A stretch of 64,000 bases of DNA, taken from assembly GCA_022824725.1 (NCBI GenBank), contig JAJDZH010000383.1, positions 2,563 through 66,562 of the forward strand, read 5' to 3'. The position numbers and the translations under genes were made by a program. The notes below the pieces were generated by a model. That model saw nothing but the letters and a program-made list of their open reading frames with translations. It was not told where the DNA came from and searched no databases. Below are positions 33,836 through 42,930 of the stretch, in pieces. How positions within the stretch are numbered: the stretch's first letter is position 1; the number at the start of each line of letters is the position of its first letter. Source of the DNA: Thermoanaerobaculia bacterium. Lineage in GTDB: Bacteria; Acidobacteriota; Thermoanaerobaculia; Multivoradales; Multivoraceae.

Positions 33836-35254
33836 ATGAACTCATTGAAACTGTTCAACTCCCTCGGACGATGCCTGCAGGAGTTCGAGCCGCTTGAGCC
33901 GGGCCACATCCGGCTCTACACCTGCGGCCCGACGGTCTACGACCGGATACACATCGGCAACCTGCGCACGTTCGTCTTCGAGGACCTCCTGCGCCGCACG
34001 CTCAGGTTCTTCGGCTACCGGGTAACGCAGGCGATGAACCTCACCGACGTCGAGGACAAGATCATCGCCGCGGCCCTCGAGGCGGACGTCGACATCGGGA
34101 CCTTCACCGCGCCCCATGTGGCTTCGTTCTTCGATGACCTGACCACTCTTCGCATCGAACGGGTGGAGCACTACCCCCGGGCGACCGAGCACGTGGCCGA
34201 GATGATCGCCATGATCGAGCGCCTGCTGACAGCCGGCTACGCCTACTGTGCCGACGATTGCGTCTTCTTCCGGATCGGCGCCGACGAGGACTACGGAAGG
34301 CTCTCGGGGATCGATCTCGATCAGGTTCGGCGCGGCGAGCGCGTACGGAGCGACGAGTACGACAAGGAGGATGCGCGCGATTTCGTCCTCTGGAAGGGGG
34401 CGAAGGAGGGCGAACCCGCGTGGCCGTCACCCTGGGGCCCGGGAAGGCCGGGATGGCACATCGAATGCTCGGCGATGAGTCAGAAGTATCTCGGCAAGAC
34501 GTTCGACATCCACTGCGGCGGCGTGGACAACCTCTTCCCCCACCACGAGAACGAGATCGCCCAGAGCGAGTCGGCCAACTGCTGTCCGCTCGCGCGCTAC
34601 TGGCTTCACTCGGAGCATCTGACGGTGGACGGCGAGAAGATGTCCAAGTCCCTCGGCAACTGCTACACCCTGGGCGACCTTCTCGACCGCGGCCTTTCCG
34701 CCCGTTCGATCCGCTATCTGCTGGCGTCGGTGCACTACCGGCAGCAACTGGATTTCACGTTCGACAAGCTGGCCGCGGCGGATCGCGCCTTGAAGCGAAT
34801 CGATGACATGCGCTTCAGGCTCGCTCACGAGGTGGAGAAGGAGATCGATCCGGGGCCGCTGGACCGTGCCGCCGGCCGCTTCGAGAACGCCTTCGCGACG
34901 GCTCTGGCCGACGACCTGAACACCGCCGGCGCACTGGGCGCGGTCTTCACGTTCGTGCATACGGTGAACGGCTTCATCGATCAAGGTCTGCCACCCGGCG
35001 GCAGGACTCGGGTCCACGCCGCCCTGGACCGGGCCGATCAGGTCCTGGCCGTGCTCGACACCGGCGACTGGGCCGGGGCCGCGGAATCCGGCGGCGGGCT
35101 GAGCGACGTCGAGATCGACGCCCTGGTCGCGGCGAGGAGCGAAGCGAGGGCCACCCGGGACTTTGCTGCCGCGGACCGGATTCGCGACCAGTTGAGCGAA
35201 GCCGGAGTGGTGGTGGAAGACGCCCCGGGCGGCAGCCGCTGGAAGCGAGGCTGA
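33836..35254 (+). CDS. cysS: cysteine--tRNA ligase
   Basis: ATG at 33836. YTCGPTVYDRIHIGN (HIGH), GWHIECS and KMSKSLGN motifs. Confidence 0.95.
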   Translation: MNSLKLFNSLGRCLQEFEPLEPGHIRLYTCGPTVYDRIHIGNLRTFVFEDLLRRTLRFFGYRVTQAMNLTDVEDKIIAAALEADVDIGTFTAPHVASFFDDLTTLRIERVEHYPRATEHVAEMIAMIERLLTAGYAYCADDCVFFRIGADEDYGRLSGIDLDQVRRGERVRSDEYDKEDARDFVLWKGAKEGEPAWPSPWGPGRPGWHIECSAMSQKYLGKTFDIHCGGVDNLFPHHENEIAQSESANCCPLARYWLHSEHLTVDGEKMSKSLGNCYTLGDLLDRGLSARSIRYLLASVHYRQQLDFTFDKLAAADRALKRIDDMRFRLAHEVEKEIDPGPLDRAAGRFENAFATALADDLNTAGALGAVFTFVHTVNGFIDQGLPPGGRTRVHAALDRADQVLAVLDTGDWAGAAESGGGLSDVEIDALVAARSEARATRDFAAADRIRDQLSEAGVVVEDAPGGSRWKRG

Positions 35255-35274
35255 GCGGATCGGGTGCGGTTGCC

Positions 35275-35691
35275 GTGTGCTCTGACAGGGGATCGCCGCC
35301 GCGCCTGAGCGGCGCGGAGGCCGAGCGGGCCGCAGCCGAACTGCTGGAGGCCGGAGGCCACCGGATCCTGGAGCGGAACTTCGACTCGCCGGTCGGCGAA
35401 CTCGACCTGATCACGATGGACGGCGACACGCTCTGTTTCGTGGAGGTCAAGGCGCGCTTCGACCCGCGGTTCGGCGGCGCCGCCGCGGCCGTGGATCGCC
35501 GCAAGCGAGGGCGCCTGGTGCGAGGCGCGGAGGCTTTCCTGTGCCAGCCGGAGCGGTCGGCCCTCCGCCACGGCCCCTGCCGCTTCGATGTCGTGACGGC
35601 GACCTGGTCGGAGGCCGAAGGCGACTGGACCTTCACGCACTATCCCGACGCGTTCACGGTCGACGACGCCGGGCGCCGGAGCTGGCTCTGA
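35275..35691 (+). CDS. YraN family endonuclease (UPF0102)
   Basis: AE..A...L...G..ILERNF....GELDLI..DGD.L.FVEVKAR is the YraN signature. Confidence 0.85.
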   Translation: MCSDRGSPPRLSGAEAERAAAELLEAGGHRILERNFDSPVGELDLITMDGDTLCFVEVKARFDPRFGGAAAAVDRRKRGRLVRGAEAFLCQPERSALRHGPCRFDVVTATWSEAEGDWTFTHYPDAFTVDDAGRRSWL

Positions 35692-35705
35692 GTCGAGACG
35701 GCGAG

Positions 35706-35735
35706 TTGACACTGTCGAGAGGAGGGCCGTATTCT
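35706..35735 (+). promoter_or_regulatory. sigma-70-type promoter for the tRNA cluster
   Basis: TTGACA (35706-35711), an 18-nt spacer, then TATTCT (35730-35735), about 45 nt upstream of tRNA-Gly(GCC). Confidence 0.5.
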
Positions 35736-35779
35736 CGCGGATCAGGGCCTGCCGGTTGCACGGCCGGGTTCGCTCGGGC

Positions 35780-35854
35780 GCGGGAATAGCTCAGTGGTAG
35801 AGCACAACCTTGCCAAGGTTGGGGTCGCGGGTTCGAATCCCGTTTCCCGCTCCA
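35780..35854 (+). tRNA. tRNA-Gly (anticodon GCC), CCA encoded
   Basis: Acceptor GCGGGAA/TTCCCGC, anticodon arm CAACC-TTGCCAA-GGTTG, T loop TTCGAAT, and terminal TCCA. Confidence 0.93.
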
Positions 35855-35895
35855 TGCGATCCACGCGGCCTGAAGCCGGCGGCGAGGTCCCCCGA

Positions 35896-35970
35896 GGCGA
35901 CGTGGCCAAGTGGTAAGGCGAGGGTCTGCAAAACCCTTATTCGCCGGTTCGAATCCGGCCGTCGCCTCCA
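35896..35970 (+). tRNA. tRNA-Cys (anticodon GCA), CCA encoded
   Basis: Acceptor GGCGACG/CGTCGCC, anticodon loop CTGCAAA, discriminator U as expected for Cys, and a CCA end. Confidence 0.92.
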
Positions 35971-36012
35971 GACTTTCGACTCGCAGCGCGAGTTCAACTC
36001 GCACCGGAAGGG

Positions 36013-36100
36013 GCCGGAGTGGCGGAACGGCAGACGCAGGGGACTTAAAATCCTCCGCCCCTCAAAGGGCGTGCGGGTTCGAATCCCGCCTCCGGCACCA
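36013..36100 (+). tRNA. tRNA-Leu (anticodon TAA), long variable arm, CCA encoded
   Basis: Acceptor GCCGGAG/CTCCGGC, anticodon loop CTTAAAA, long variable arm (GCCCCTCAAAGGGC), and ACCA end. Confidence 0.92.
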
Positions 36101-36156
36101 CCGTTCCGCGGCTACTGCGGCAAGCCCGGTCGGCACTGGTACGATCCCGGTCCGAA

Positions 36157-36402
36157 ATGGATCGAACCCTGGCCGAGGTGGCCGACGCCAGCGACGGGCG
36201 GTTGCTTGAGATAGCCCAGGTGACCGGCACCGACGCCGACAGCAGACGCCTCCGGGAGATCGGCTTCTGCGCCGGAGCGCCGGTTCGCTTCATTCGCCGG
36301 GCGCCGCTCGGCGATCCCGCGATGTACGAGCTTCGCGGGGCGCTGATGAGCCTGCGCCGCAGCGAGGCGCGGCGGATCCTCGTCCATCGGGCCGGCGCAT
36401 GA
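36157..36402 (+). CDS. feoA: ferrous iron transport protein A (FeoA)
   Basis: 81-aa SH3-like FeoA pattern (L.EIGF..G..V..........P....L.G..L.LRR.EA..I.V). It sits immediately upstream of feoB with an ATGA overlap. Confidence 0.85.
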   Translation: MDRTLAEVADASDGRLLEIAQVTGTDADSRRLREIGFCAGAPVRFIRRAPLGDPAMYELRGALMSLRRSEARRILVHRAGA

Positions 36403-38327
36403 CGACGCTGGTCCGGTTGCGACCGAGCGCGCCCCCGCAGCGGCCGGGACGCATCGCGATCCTGGGGGCGCCGAACTCGGGCAAGACGACCCTGTTCAAC
36501 GCCCTCACCGGGCACCGGGCCAAGGCGGGGAACTACCCGGGTGTCACGGTCGATCGTCGCGAGGGCGACCTTCAGGGGAGGTTCGGAGCCGACGACGTCC
36601 GGCTGATCGATCTTCCGGGCGTCTACAGCCTCGAGCCGCAGTCGGATGACGAGACGGTAGCGGTCCGGGTGCTCGAGGGTGGTTTCGGCGAGCCGGTGCC
36701 GGACGGTGTCGTGGTGGTCGTCGACGCAACGACGATCGAACGGGGGCTGCCGCTGCTGGCCGAAGCGGCCGGCCTCGGCCTGCCGGTCTGTGTCGCCCTG
36801 ACGATGATCGACGAACTGAAGGCACGACACGGCCAGATCGACACGGAGGAACTCCAGCAGGAACTCGGGGTGCCGGTGGTTGGCGTGGTCGGCAACCGCG
36901 GCCTCGGCATCGACGATCTCGGCGCGTTGGTCAGTTCGCCCTGGGACTGGACCCCGGGCCCCGGCCTGCTGCATGGCGCGGAGGCGAAGACGCCGGAGGA
37001 CCGATTCGGCTGGGCACGCGAGGTTCTGGGCGCCTGCCGCCGGCAGGCCCCGGAGCCGAACCGCTGGACCCGGCGCCTGGACCGCTTCCTGCTTCACCCG
37101 GCCATCGGCTCCGCGGTCTTTCTGGCCTTCGTGGCGTTCTTCTTTCAGGCGATCTTCACCTGGGCTACTCCCGCCATGGACTTCCTGTCCGGGCTGATGG
37201 ACGGGCTCGCGGACCAGATCCTGGCGACGCTGCCGGACACGGCGCTCACCCGGCTTCTTGCCGACGGCGTGATCCGCGGTGTCGGCGCGGTGATCGTCTT
37301 CCTCCCGCAGATCGTGCTCCTGTTCACGGTCATCCTGTTCCTTGAAGCCTGCGGTTACATGGCCAGGGCCGCGTTCGTCGTCGACCGCGTGATGGGTTGG
37401 GTCGGGCTGGAGGGCCGCTGTTTCATCGCCCTCCTGTCCTCCTATGCATGCGCGGTTCCAGGCATCATGGCGACCCGGACGATTCCCTCGCCGCGCGATC
37501 GACTGACGACGATCCTGGTTGCTCCGTTCGCGACCTGCTCGGCCCGCCTGCCCGTCTACATCCTGCTGATCGCGGCGTTCATCCCCGCCGACCCCGTGTT
37601 GGGCCCCTTCACCTGGCAGGGCCTCACGCTGACGGGCCTCTACTTCCTTGGCACCGGGGCAGCGCTGCTTTCCGCGGCGGTGTTCAAGCGCGGTCTGCTG
37701 CGCGGCGCCACGTTGCCGTTCTACCTCGAACTGCCGCCGTACCGGTTGCCCCGGCCCAGTGACATCGCTCTCGGCGTCTGGGACCGGGCGAAGCTGTTCC
37801 TGCGACGAGCCGGCACGATCATCCTGGCCGCCAGCGTCGTTCTCTGGTTCCTGCTCAACCTCCCGCGGCGGCCGGCCGACCCTCAACTCTCCGTGACGGA
37901 GAACCAGCGGGCGGTTCTGGAGGGGAGCTACGCGGCTTCCGCCGGGCGGCTGCTGGAACCCGTGTTCGCGCCCATGGACTTCGACTGGCGAATCAACGTC
38001 GGCCTGGTCGCCTCGCAGGCTGCCCGCGAAGTGATGGTTGCCACCCTGGCGCAGATCTACGCCCACGAGGGCGAGGACGGAGAGGGTCTCGGCGTTCTGC
38101 TGGCCGGCAGCGGGGAAGGCGGCGCGCCGCCGCTCCTGTCGCGCCCTTCGGCGCTTGCACTGCTGGTCTACTTCGCTTTCGCGATGCAGTGCATGTCGAC
38201 GCTGGCCGTGATCCGACGGGAGACCGGGGGTTGGCGATGGCCGGCTTTCACGTTCGCGTACATGAACGGCCTGGCCTGGCTGAGCGCCTGGCTGACCTTC
38301 GTCCTCGCCTCGGCGGCCGGCGCCTGA
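36399..38327 (+). CDS. feoB: ferrous iron transporter B (FeoB)
   Basis: N-terminal G-domain (IAILGAPNSGKTTLFNALTG, DLPG.YSL) followed by polytopic membrane domains. Confidence 0.93.
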   Translation: MTTLVRLRPSAPPQRPGRIAILGAPNSGKTTLFNALTGHRAKAGNYPGVTVDRREGDLQGRFGADDVRLIDLPGVYSLEPQSDDETVAVRVLEGGFGEPVPDGVVVVVDATTIERGLPLLAEAAGLGLPVCVALTMIDELKARHGQIDTEELQQELGVPVVGVVGNRGLGIDDLGALVSSPWDWTPGPGLLHGAEAKTPEDRFGWAREVLGACRRQAPEPNRWTRRLDRFLLHPAIGSAVFLAFVAFFFQAIFTWATPAMDFLSGLMDGLADQILATLPDTALTRLLADGVIRGVGAVIVFLPQIVLLFTVILFLEACGYMARAAFVVDRVMGWVGLEGRCFIALLSSYACAVPGIMATRTIPSPRDRLTTILVAPFATCSARLPVYILLIAAFIPADPVLGPFTWQGLTLTGLYFLGTGAALLSAAVFKRGLLRGATLPFYLELPPYRLPRPSDIALGVWDRAKLFLRRAGTIILAASVVLWFLLNLPRRPADPQLSVTENQRAVLEGSYAASAGRLLEPVFAPMDFDWRINVGLVASQAAREVMVATLAQIYAHEGEDGEGLGVLLAGSGEGGAPPLLSRPSALALLVYFAFAMQCMSTLAVIRRETGGWRWPAFTFAYMNGLAWLSAWLTFVLASAAGA

Positions 38328-38335
38328 CTAGCCGG

Positions 38336-39121
38336 TCAGGCGCCGACGAATCGCGGCGGGCGCCGTTCGGTCATGGCTCGCACCCCTTCCGCGAAGTCCG
38401 CGGTCTGCCGCAGCCGGTTCTGCTCGGCCTTTTCGTGGTCCGTGGCGGCGCGGATCTCCGTCGCGAGGCGTCCGCGCATCATCTCGCGGATCGAGCGCAC
38501 CGCGAGCGGCGCCGAGACGGCGATCTCCCCGGCAAGTTCCCTCGCACGTGCACGTACCTGATCCAGCGGCACGAGGTCGTCGCAGAGACCGATCCGGAGG
38601 GCCTCCTCGCCCTTGACCCGGCGGCCGGTGTAGAACATCTCCATCCCCCGCTGGCGACCGACGAGGCGCGGCAGCGTCACGGTCAGGCCGAAGCCCTGAA
38701 CGAACCCCAGGCGCGCGAAGTTTGCGGAGAAGCGCGCCTCGGGACAGGCGACCCGGAAGTCCGGCATCAACGCCAGTCCGAGACCGCCGCCCACGGCGGC
38801 GCCCTGGACGGCCGCGACGATCGGGGTCTTCGTGGCGAACAGGCGAACGGCCTCGTCGTAGAGATGGCGCTCACCGCCATCGCCCGTCGCATCACGCCCT
38901 GCGTTCAGGTTCGCGCCGGCGCAGAAGTGCTTGCCCTCCGAACAGAGCACGGCCGCGCGGCAGTCGTCCCGTTCGTCCAGCTCGCCGACCGCCGTCGCCA
39001 GTTCGCCGATCAGGTCGAGATCGAAGAAGTTGTTGGGCGGCCGGTGAATCTCGATCTCGGCGACGAGGTCGTCGCCGATCGTCACCGTCAGTTCGCCGTT
39101 GCCCGGGCTGCCGTCGCTCAT
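38336..39121 (-). CDS. enoyl-CoA hydratase/isomerase (crotonase) family protein
   Basis: Crotonase fold strings: EIHRPPNNF, FCAGANL, PIVAAVQGAAVGGGLGLAL. Substrate is unknown. Confidence 0.85.
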   Translation of the reverse strand: MSDGSPGNGELTVTIGDDLVAEIEIHRPPNNFFDLDLIGELATAVGELDERDDCRAAVLCSEGKHFCAGANLNAGRDATGDGGERHLYDEAVRLFATKTPIVAAVQGAAVGGGLGLALMPDFRVACPEARFSANFARLGFVQGFGLTVTLPRLVGRQRGMEMFYTGRRVKGEEALRIGLCDDLVPLDQVRARARELAGEIAVSAPLAVRSIREMMRGRLATEIRAATDHEKAEQNRLRQTADFAEGVRAMTERRPPRFVGA

Positions 39122-39200
39122 CTCACTCCTCGCTTCCTGGTTCCCGTTGCGGGGAGTCTAGGAGGTTGCGCCGTGAAACGCTACGCGTGAGTGCGCGGCG

Positions 39201-40328
39201 CTAACCGCCCGGAACCGGCGCGGCCGTGCCTTGGCCCCGGTAGTCCCCGAACAGCATCTCGACTCCGAAGCGCAGGATCGGCACGGAGTCCCTGGGCCGG
39301 CCGGGTTCCTCCCGACGCCAGGCCAGGCCGGGACCGACCTCGAGGAAGAACCACTCCCGGAGGATCTGCTGCCGGTAGATGAACCTCACGAAGTAGTTCT
39401 CGACGAGAACCGCCGCGCCGGTCTCGCCGTTGGCGCCGATCTGGTGCGCGAGGGCGCGGCGGCGGCCCAGCCGGTGGTAGTAGCTCAACTCGGTGAACCA
39501 GTCCGCCCCCCTGGTGATGTCCGAGACCTTGCCGGCGCCGCGCCATCGCAGCATGGAACCGGCCGGGAAGGCGTGCTCGTAGTCGATCCGGGTTGCCATC
39601 CCCCAGCCGTCGTCCCGCTCCCAGAACAGGGTGTGCCGGAAGCGGACCAGATCCGTCTCCGAGAGAAAGGAACGGTGCTTGTAGCGAGCCCGGACCCAGG
39701 GCTCGACGGGGAAGTTGAAGTTCATGCCGAGGTCGAAGTCGAGGTCGCTGTTGCGGCTCGAGATCGGCCGGTAGCCGAGTCCCACCAGCCACTCGTCGTC
39801 TTCAGGGTCGAACATTCGCGGCAGAGAGGCCGCCCCGCGGCGCTGGGCGTCCTCCAGGACGTCTTCCCGGTCGTCGCGACCGATGAAGGCGTCGAGACGG
39901 CGTTCCATGTTCGGGAAGTGGAGACGGGCGCGAAAGCTCAGGTCGTCCTCGAACCCGTAGTCCTCGTCCCAGACCACTCCAACGAAGGCGCGCCCGTAGG
40001 TCGCTTGCAGCTTCTCGTCCAGACGGTAGTCGCCGAACAGGTGGTCGAACCACAGGGCTGTCTCACAGGCGGTGCGGTGGAGGCCGAGGTTCAGCCAGTC
40101 GATCCACGATCGGCCCTCCAGGTACTCGGAAGCGCAGGGATCGGTCTCCTCCGCCGCGGTCTCGGCGGCGCCGGCTTCCGAACCGGCCAGCGGAACGCCC
40201 TCCGGCTCCTGGCCGGCCGCGGCGGTGCTGATCAACACACCCAGACAGGCCAGCGCCGGCCAAGCGAGCGACGCGAACGGAGAGGCACGTTGGTCCATGG
40301 ACTCGTCGCCACATCTTCGCACGGCCAC
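39201..40328 (-). CDS. hypothetical secreted, possibly outer-membrane, protein
   Basis: The signal-like segment (SLAWPALACLGVLISTAAAG) follows an internal ATG at 40298, which is an alternative start. Alternating aromatic/charged strand-like stretches. No family recognised. The opposite-strand ORF 39231..40520 is R/G/P/V noise. Confidence 0.6.
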   Translation of the reverse strand: MAVRRCGDESMDQRASPFASLAWPALACLGVLISTAAAGQEPEGVPLAGSEAGAAETAAEETDPCASEYLEGRSWIDWLNLGLHRTACETALWFDHLFGDYRLDEKLQATYGRAFVGVVWDEDYGFEDDLSFRARLHFPNMERRLDAFIGRDDREDVLEDAQRRGAASLPRMFDPEDDEWLVGLGYRPISSRNSDLDFDLGMNFNFPVEPWVRARYKHRSFLSETDLVRFRHTLFWERDDGWGMATRIDYEHAFPAGSMLRWRGAGKVSDITRGADWFTELSYYHRLGRRRALAHQIGANGETGAAVLVENYFVRFIYRQQILREWFFLEVGPGLAWRREEPGRPRDSVPILRFGVEMLFGDYRGQGTAAPVPGG

Positions 40329-40399
40329 GAAATCCGCAGGCTCGCCGGCGACGCCTCTGGATCTCGTGGCGGCGCTAGGCTAGGCGTCAGGAGGATGTC

Positions 40400-41761
40400 G
40401 TGCGCACGCCGGTCGAAACCACCGACAGCCTGCCGCACAGCGAGGAGTCGGAGCGTGCGGTGCTGGCCGCGATCCTGCTCGACGCGGAGCGGCACCTGGC
40501 CGCTACCTCCAGCCGACTGAAGCCCGAGGACTACTACTTCGAGCGCCACCGACTGCTGTACGAAGCGATGCTGGCGCTTCAGGAGGCGGAGAGTCCCATT
40601 GACCTGCGCACGCTCCAGGCCCGACTGGAACAACGCGGCGAGTTCGAATCGGCCGGCGGCGTGGCCTATCTGGCCACGCTCGAGGTCGACCTGCCCGACC
40701 TGGGCCGAGTGGACACCTACGTCGAGATCATCAAGGAACGAGCTCTGCGGCGGCGTCTGATCGACGCCTGCACGAAGATCTACAGGACGGCGCTGGACGG
40801 CGGCCTGGAAGCCCAGCAGGCCCTGGCCGAGGCGGAACGGGAGGTCATGGACCTGAGCGAGGAGGCCGTATCGAGGACCTTCGTGCCGCTCGACCAGATC
40901 TACCGGGAGACGATCGAGCACCTCGAACAGAGCGCGGCGAACGACTTCCCGGGCCTGCCCACCGGATTCGTCGACCTCGACCGGATGACCCACGGCCTTC
41001 AGCCCGGAAACCTGGTCATTGTTGCCGGCCGGCCGGGAATGGGCAAGACGAGTCTGGCGCTGAACATCGCCGCTCACGTCGCCCACCAGGAGGGTCAGGC
41101 CGCGGGCTTCTTCTCGCTGGAGATGAGCGAGCGGGAGATTGCCATGCGGGTCTTGTGTTCGACAACCGACATCCCGTTTCATCGGCTGCGCGGCGGCCAG
41201 TTGTCCCCGCGGGACTGGAGCCGACTGCACCAGGCGGTCTCCAACAGTCGCGACTCGCCGCTGTTCATCGACGACTCGGCGAACCCGTCCCTGCTCGAGG
41301 TCGCGTCCAAGGCGCGCCGTCTGAAGGTACAGAGCGGCCTCTCTCTGCTGGTCGTCGACTATCTCCAGTTGATGAACGCGGGCGGTCGGTACGAGAACCG
41401 CAACCTGGAGATTGGCGCCATCACGCGAGGTCTGAAGCAGTTGGCCAAGGAACTGGAGGTGCCGGTCGTTGCCCTGTCGCAGCTCTCGCGGCTACCGGAA
41501 CGAAGAGGCAAGGACCACCGGCCGCAGCTCGCCGATCTCCGGGAGTCGGGGAACATCGAGCAGGACGCCGACATCGTCATGTTCGTCTACCGCGAAGAGG
41601 TCTACGAGCCCGAGGATCCCGACGTCGAAGGGCTGGCCGACCTGATCATCGCAAAGCACCGGAACGGCGAGACCGGCTCCGTGCGCCTCGTTTTTCTCGG
41701 CGACACGACGACATTCCGCAACTACGACGGCCATCACGCGCCGCCGGAGGGGCCGAACTGA
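40400..41761 (+). CDS. dnaB: replicative DNA helicase
   Basis: The GTG at 40400 lies 5 nt after AGGAGG. LPHSEESERAVLAAILLD N-terminus, Walker A GRPGMGKTS, and LSQLSR motifs. Confidence 0.95.
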   Translation: MRTPVETTDSLPHSEESERAVLAAILLDAERHLAATSSRLKPEDYYFERHRLLYEAMLALQEAESPIDLRTLQARLEQRGEFESAGGVAYLATLEVDLPDLGRVDTYVEIIKERALRRRLIDACTKIYRTALDGGLEAQQALAEAEREVMDLSEEAVSRTFVPLDQIYRETIEHLEQSAANDFPGLPTGFVDLDRMTHGLQPGNLVIVAGRPGMGKTSLALNIAAHVAHQEGQAAGFFSLEMSEREIAMRVLCSTTDIPFHRLRGGQLSPRDWSRLHQAVSNSRDSPLFIDDSANPSLLEVASKARRLKVQSGLSLLVVDYLQLMNAGGRYENRNLEIGAITRGLKQLAKELEVPVVALSQLSRLPERRGKDHRPQLADLRESGNIEQDADIVMFVYREEVYEPEDPDVEGLADLIIAKHRNGETGSVRLVFLGDTTTFRNYDGHHAPPEGPN

Positions 41762-42930
41762 GTAGCAGCCCAGGCGCGCGGGTCGAGATCGATCTCGGCG
41801 CCCTGACGGTCAACCTTCGCGCGGTGCGGCGGTCGGTCGGTCAGGCGGCGGTCTACGGAGTCGTCAAGGCGGACGCCTACGGCCATGGCGCGCCGGTCGT
41901 GGCGCTGGAACTCGAGCGGCTCGGCATCGACGGTCTGGCGGTGGCGGGCGCCGCCGAACTCGAGGAGCTCCGCGACGCCGGCTACGGCGGGCGCATCCTG
42001 CTGCTCGGCGGCCCGGAGTCGTCCGAGGACCTGGACCGCGTCGTTCGCCGGAATGCGACGCCCGTGCTCACGCGCCTCGGGCAACTCGCAGCCTGGAGGG
42101 TCTGGCTGGGCCGTCGCGAGGCTGGCGCAGGAGAGGCGCTGGAGGTCGTCGTCGAACTGGACACCGGCATGAGCCGTGCCGGCCTGAAACCGAGCGACTG
42201 GCCGGCCGCGCTCGACGAACTGCGTACCGCGCCGGAGTTCCGGCTTGCGGGCCTGATGTCTCACCTGGCTGAGTCCGAACTGGCCGAAAGTTCCTTTACC
42301 GGAGAACAGGAGCGGCGCTTCGCCGACGCCTTCGAGCTGCTCGACCCCGGTGAGCGCCGTTCGGTTCCCGTACACCTCGCGAACTCGTCCGCGGCGCTTC
42401 GGCGCGCCTCCGCCCGCTGGACCGCGGTGCGGGTCGGCGGAGCCCTCTACGGGCTGGACCTGGCGACCCTGGTCGATGGCTCGGAAACGCCCGGCTTGCG
42501 GCCGGTCATGAGCGTCAAGGCCCCGATCGTCGACGTGCGGCCAGTACCGGCCGGCGCCGGCGTGGGCTACCGGCGAACCTGGCGAGCGCCCGATTCGGCC
42601 AGGATCGCCCTGATCCGCATCGGCTATGGAGACGGTTTCAGTTCGGGCTTCGGCAGCGGCGAGGTCCTGGTCAGGGGTGAGCGTTGTCCGATCGTCGGTC
42701 AGATCAGCATGGATTCGCTGACCGTCGACATCACCCGGGTTCCAGGCGCCGCGATCGGCGACGAATGCGTTCTGCTCGGAAGGCAGGGGAAGCAGCGGAT
42801 CGGGGTTGGCGAACTGGCCGGCCGCGCCGGCATCGCGGCCTACGAGGTGTGGTGCGGTCTGAGCCGCCGTCTGCCACGCTTCGTGATCGACCGCCGCGAC
42901 CGCGTCAGAGAACCGGATCGCGGCCGGTGA
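41758..42930 (+). CDS. alr: alanine racemase (start assigned to CTG; next canonical start GTG 41824 would truncate the conserved N-terminus)
   Basis: VVKADAYGHGA (PLP lysine motif) and the conserved first strand ARVEIDLGAL..N. GGAGGGG lies 7 nt upstream of CTG 41758. The track ORF 41155.. is an in-frame read-through of the dnaB 3' end. Confidence 0.8.
   Translation: MSSSPGARVEIDLGALTVNLRAVRRSVGQAAVYGVVKADAYGHGAPVVALELERLGIDGLAVAGAAELEELRDAGYGGRILLLGGPESSEDLDRVVRRNATPVLTRLGQLAAWRVWLGRREAGAGEALEVVVELDTGMSRAGLKPSDWPAALDELRTAPEFRLAGLMSHLAESELAESSFTGEQERRFADAFELLDPGERRSVPVHLANSSAALRRASARWTAVRVGGALYGLDLATLVDGSETPGLRPVMSVKAPIVDVRPVPAGAGVGYRRTWRAPDSARIALIRIGYGDGFSSGFGSGEVLVRGERCPIVGQISMDSLTVDITRVPGAAIGDECVLLGRQGKQRIGVGELAGRAGIAAYEVWCGLSRRLPRFVIDRRDRVREPDRGR

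Noticed and set aside
34454-34468. A sigma-54-like string, TGGCACATCGAATGC, inside cysS.
   Set aside because: It is internal to a highly conserved coding region, its -12 element is imperfect (ATGC), and no downstream gene start makes sense of it. It is probably a chance match.
36045-38066. A 673-aa minus-strand ORF antisense to feoB. Similar shadow ORFs occur at 5171..7489, 8536..10509, 22494..23831, 44146..45657 and 59636..61297.
   Set aside because: All have low-complexity R/G/P/A/D composition and no motifs. Each lies opposite a gene with strong family signatures.
39231-40520. A 429-aa plus-strand ORF that competes with the minus-strand hypothetical protein.
   Set aside because: The plus-strand product is V/P/G/R/A-rich with no signal peptide or motifs, and it would run into dnaB. 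The minus-strand product has a signal peptide and balanced composition.
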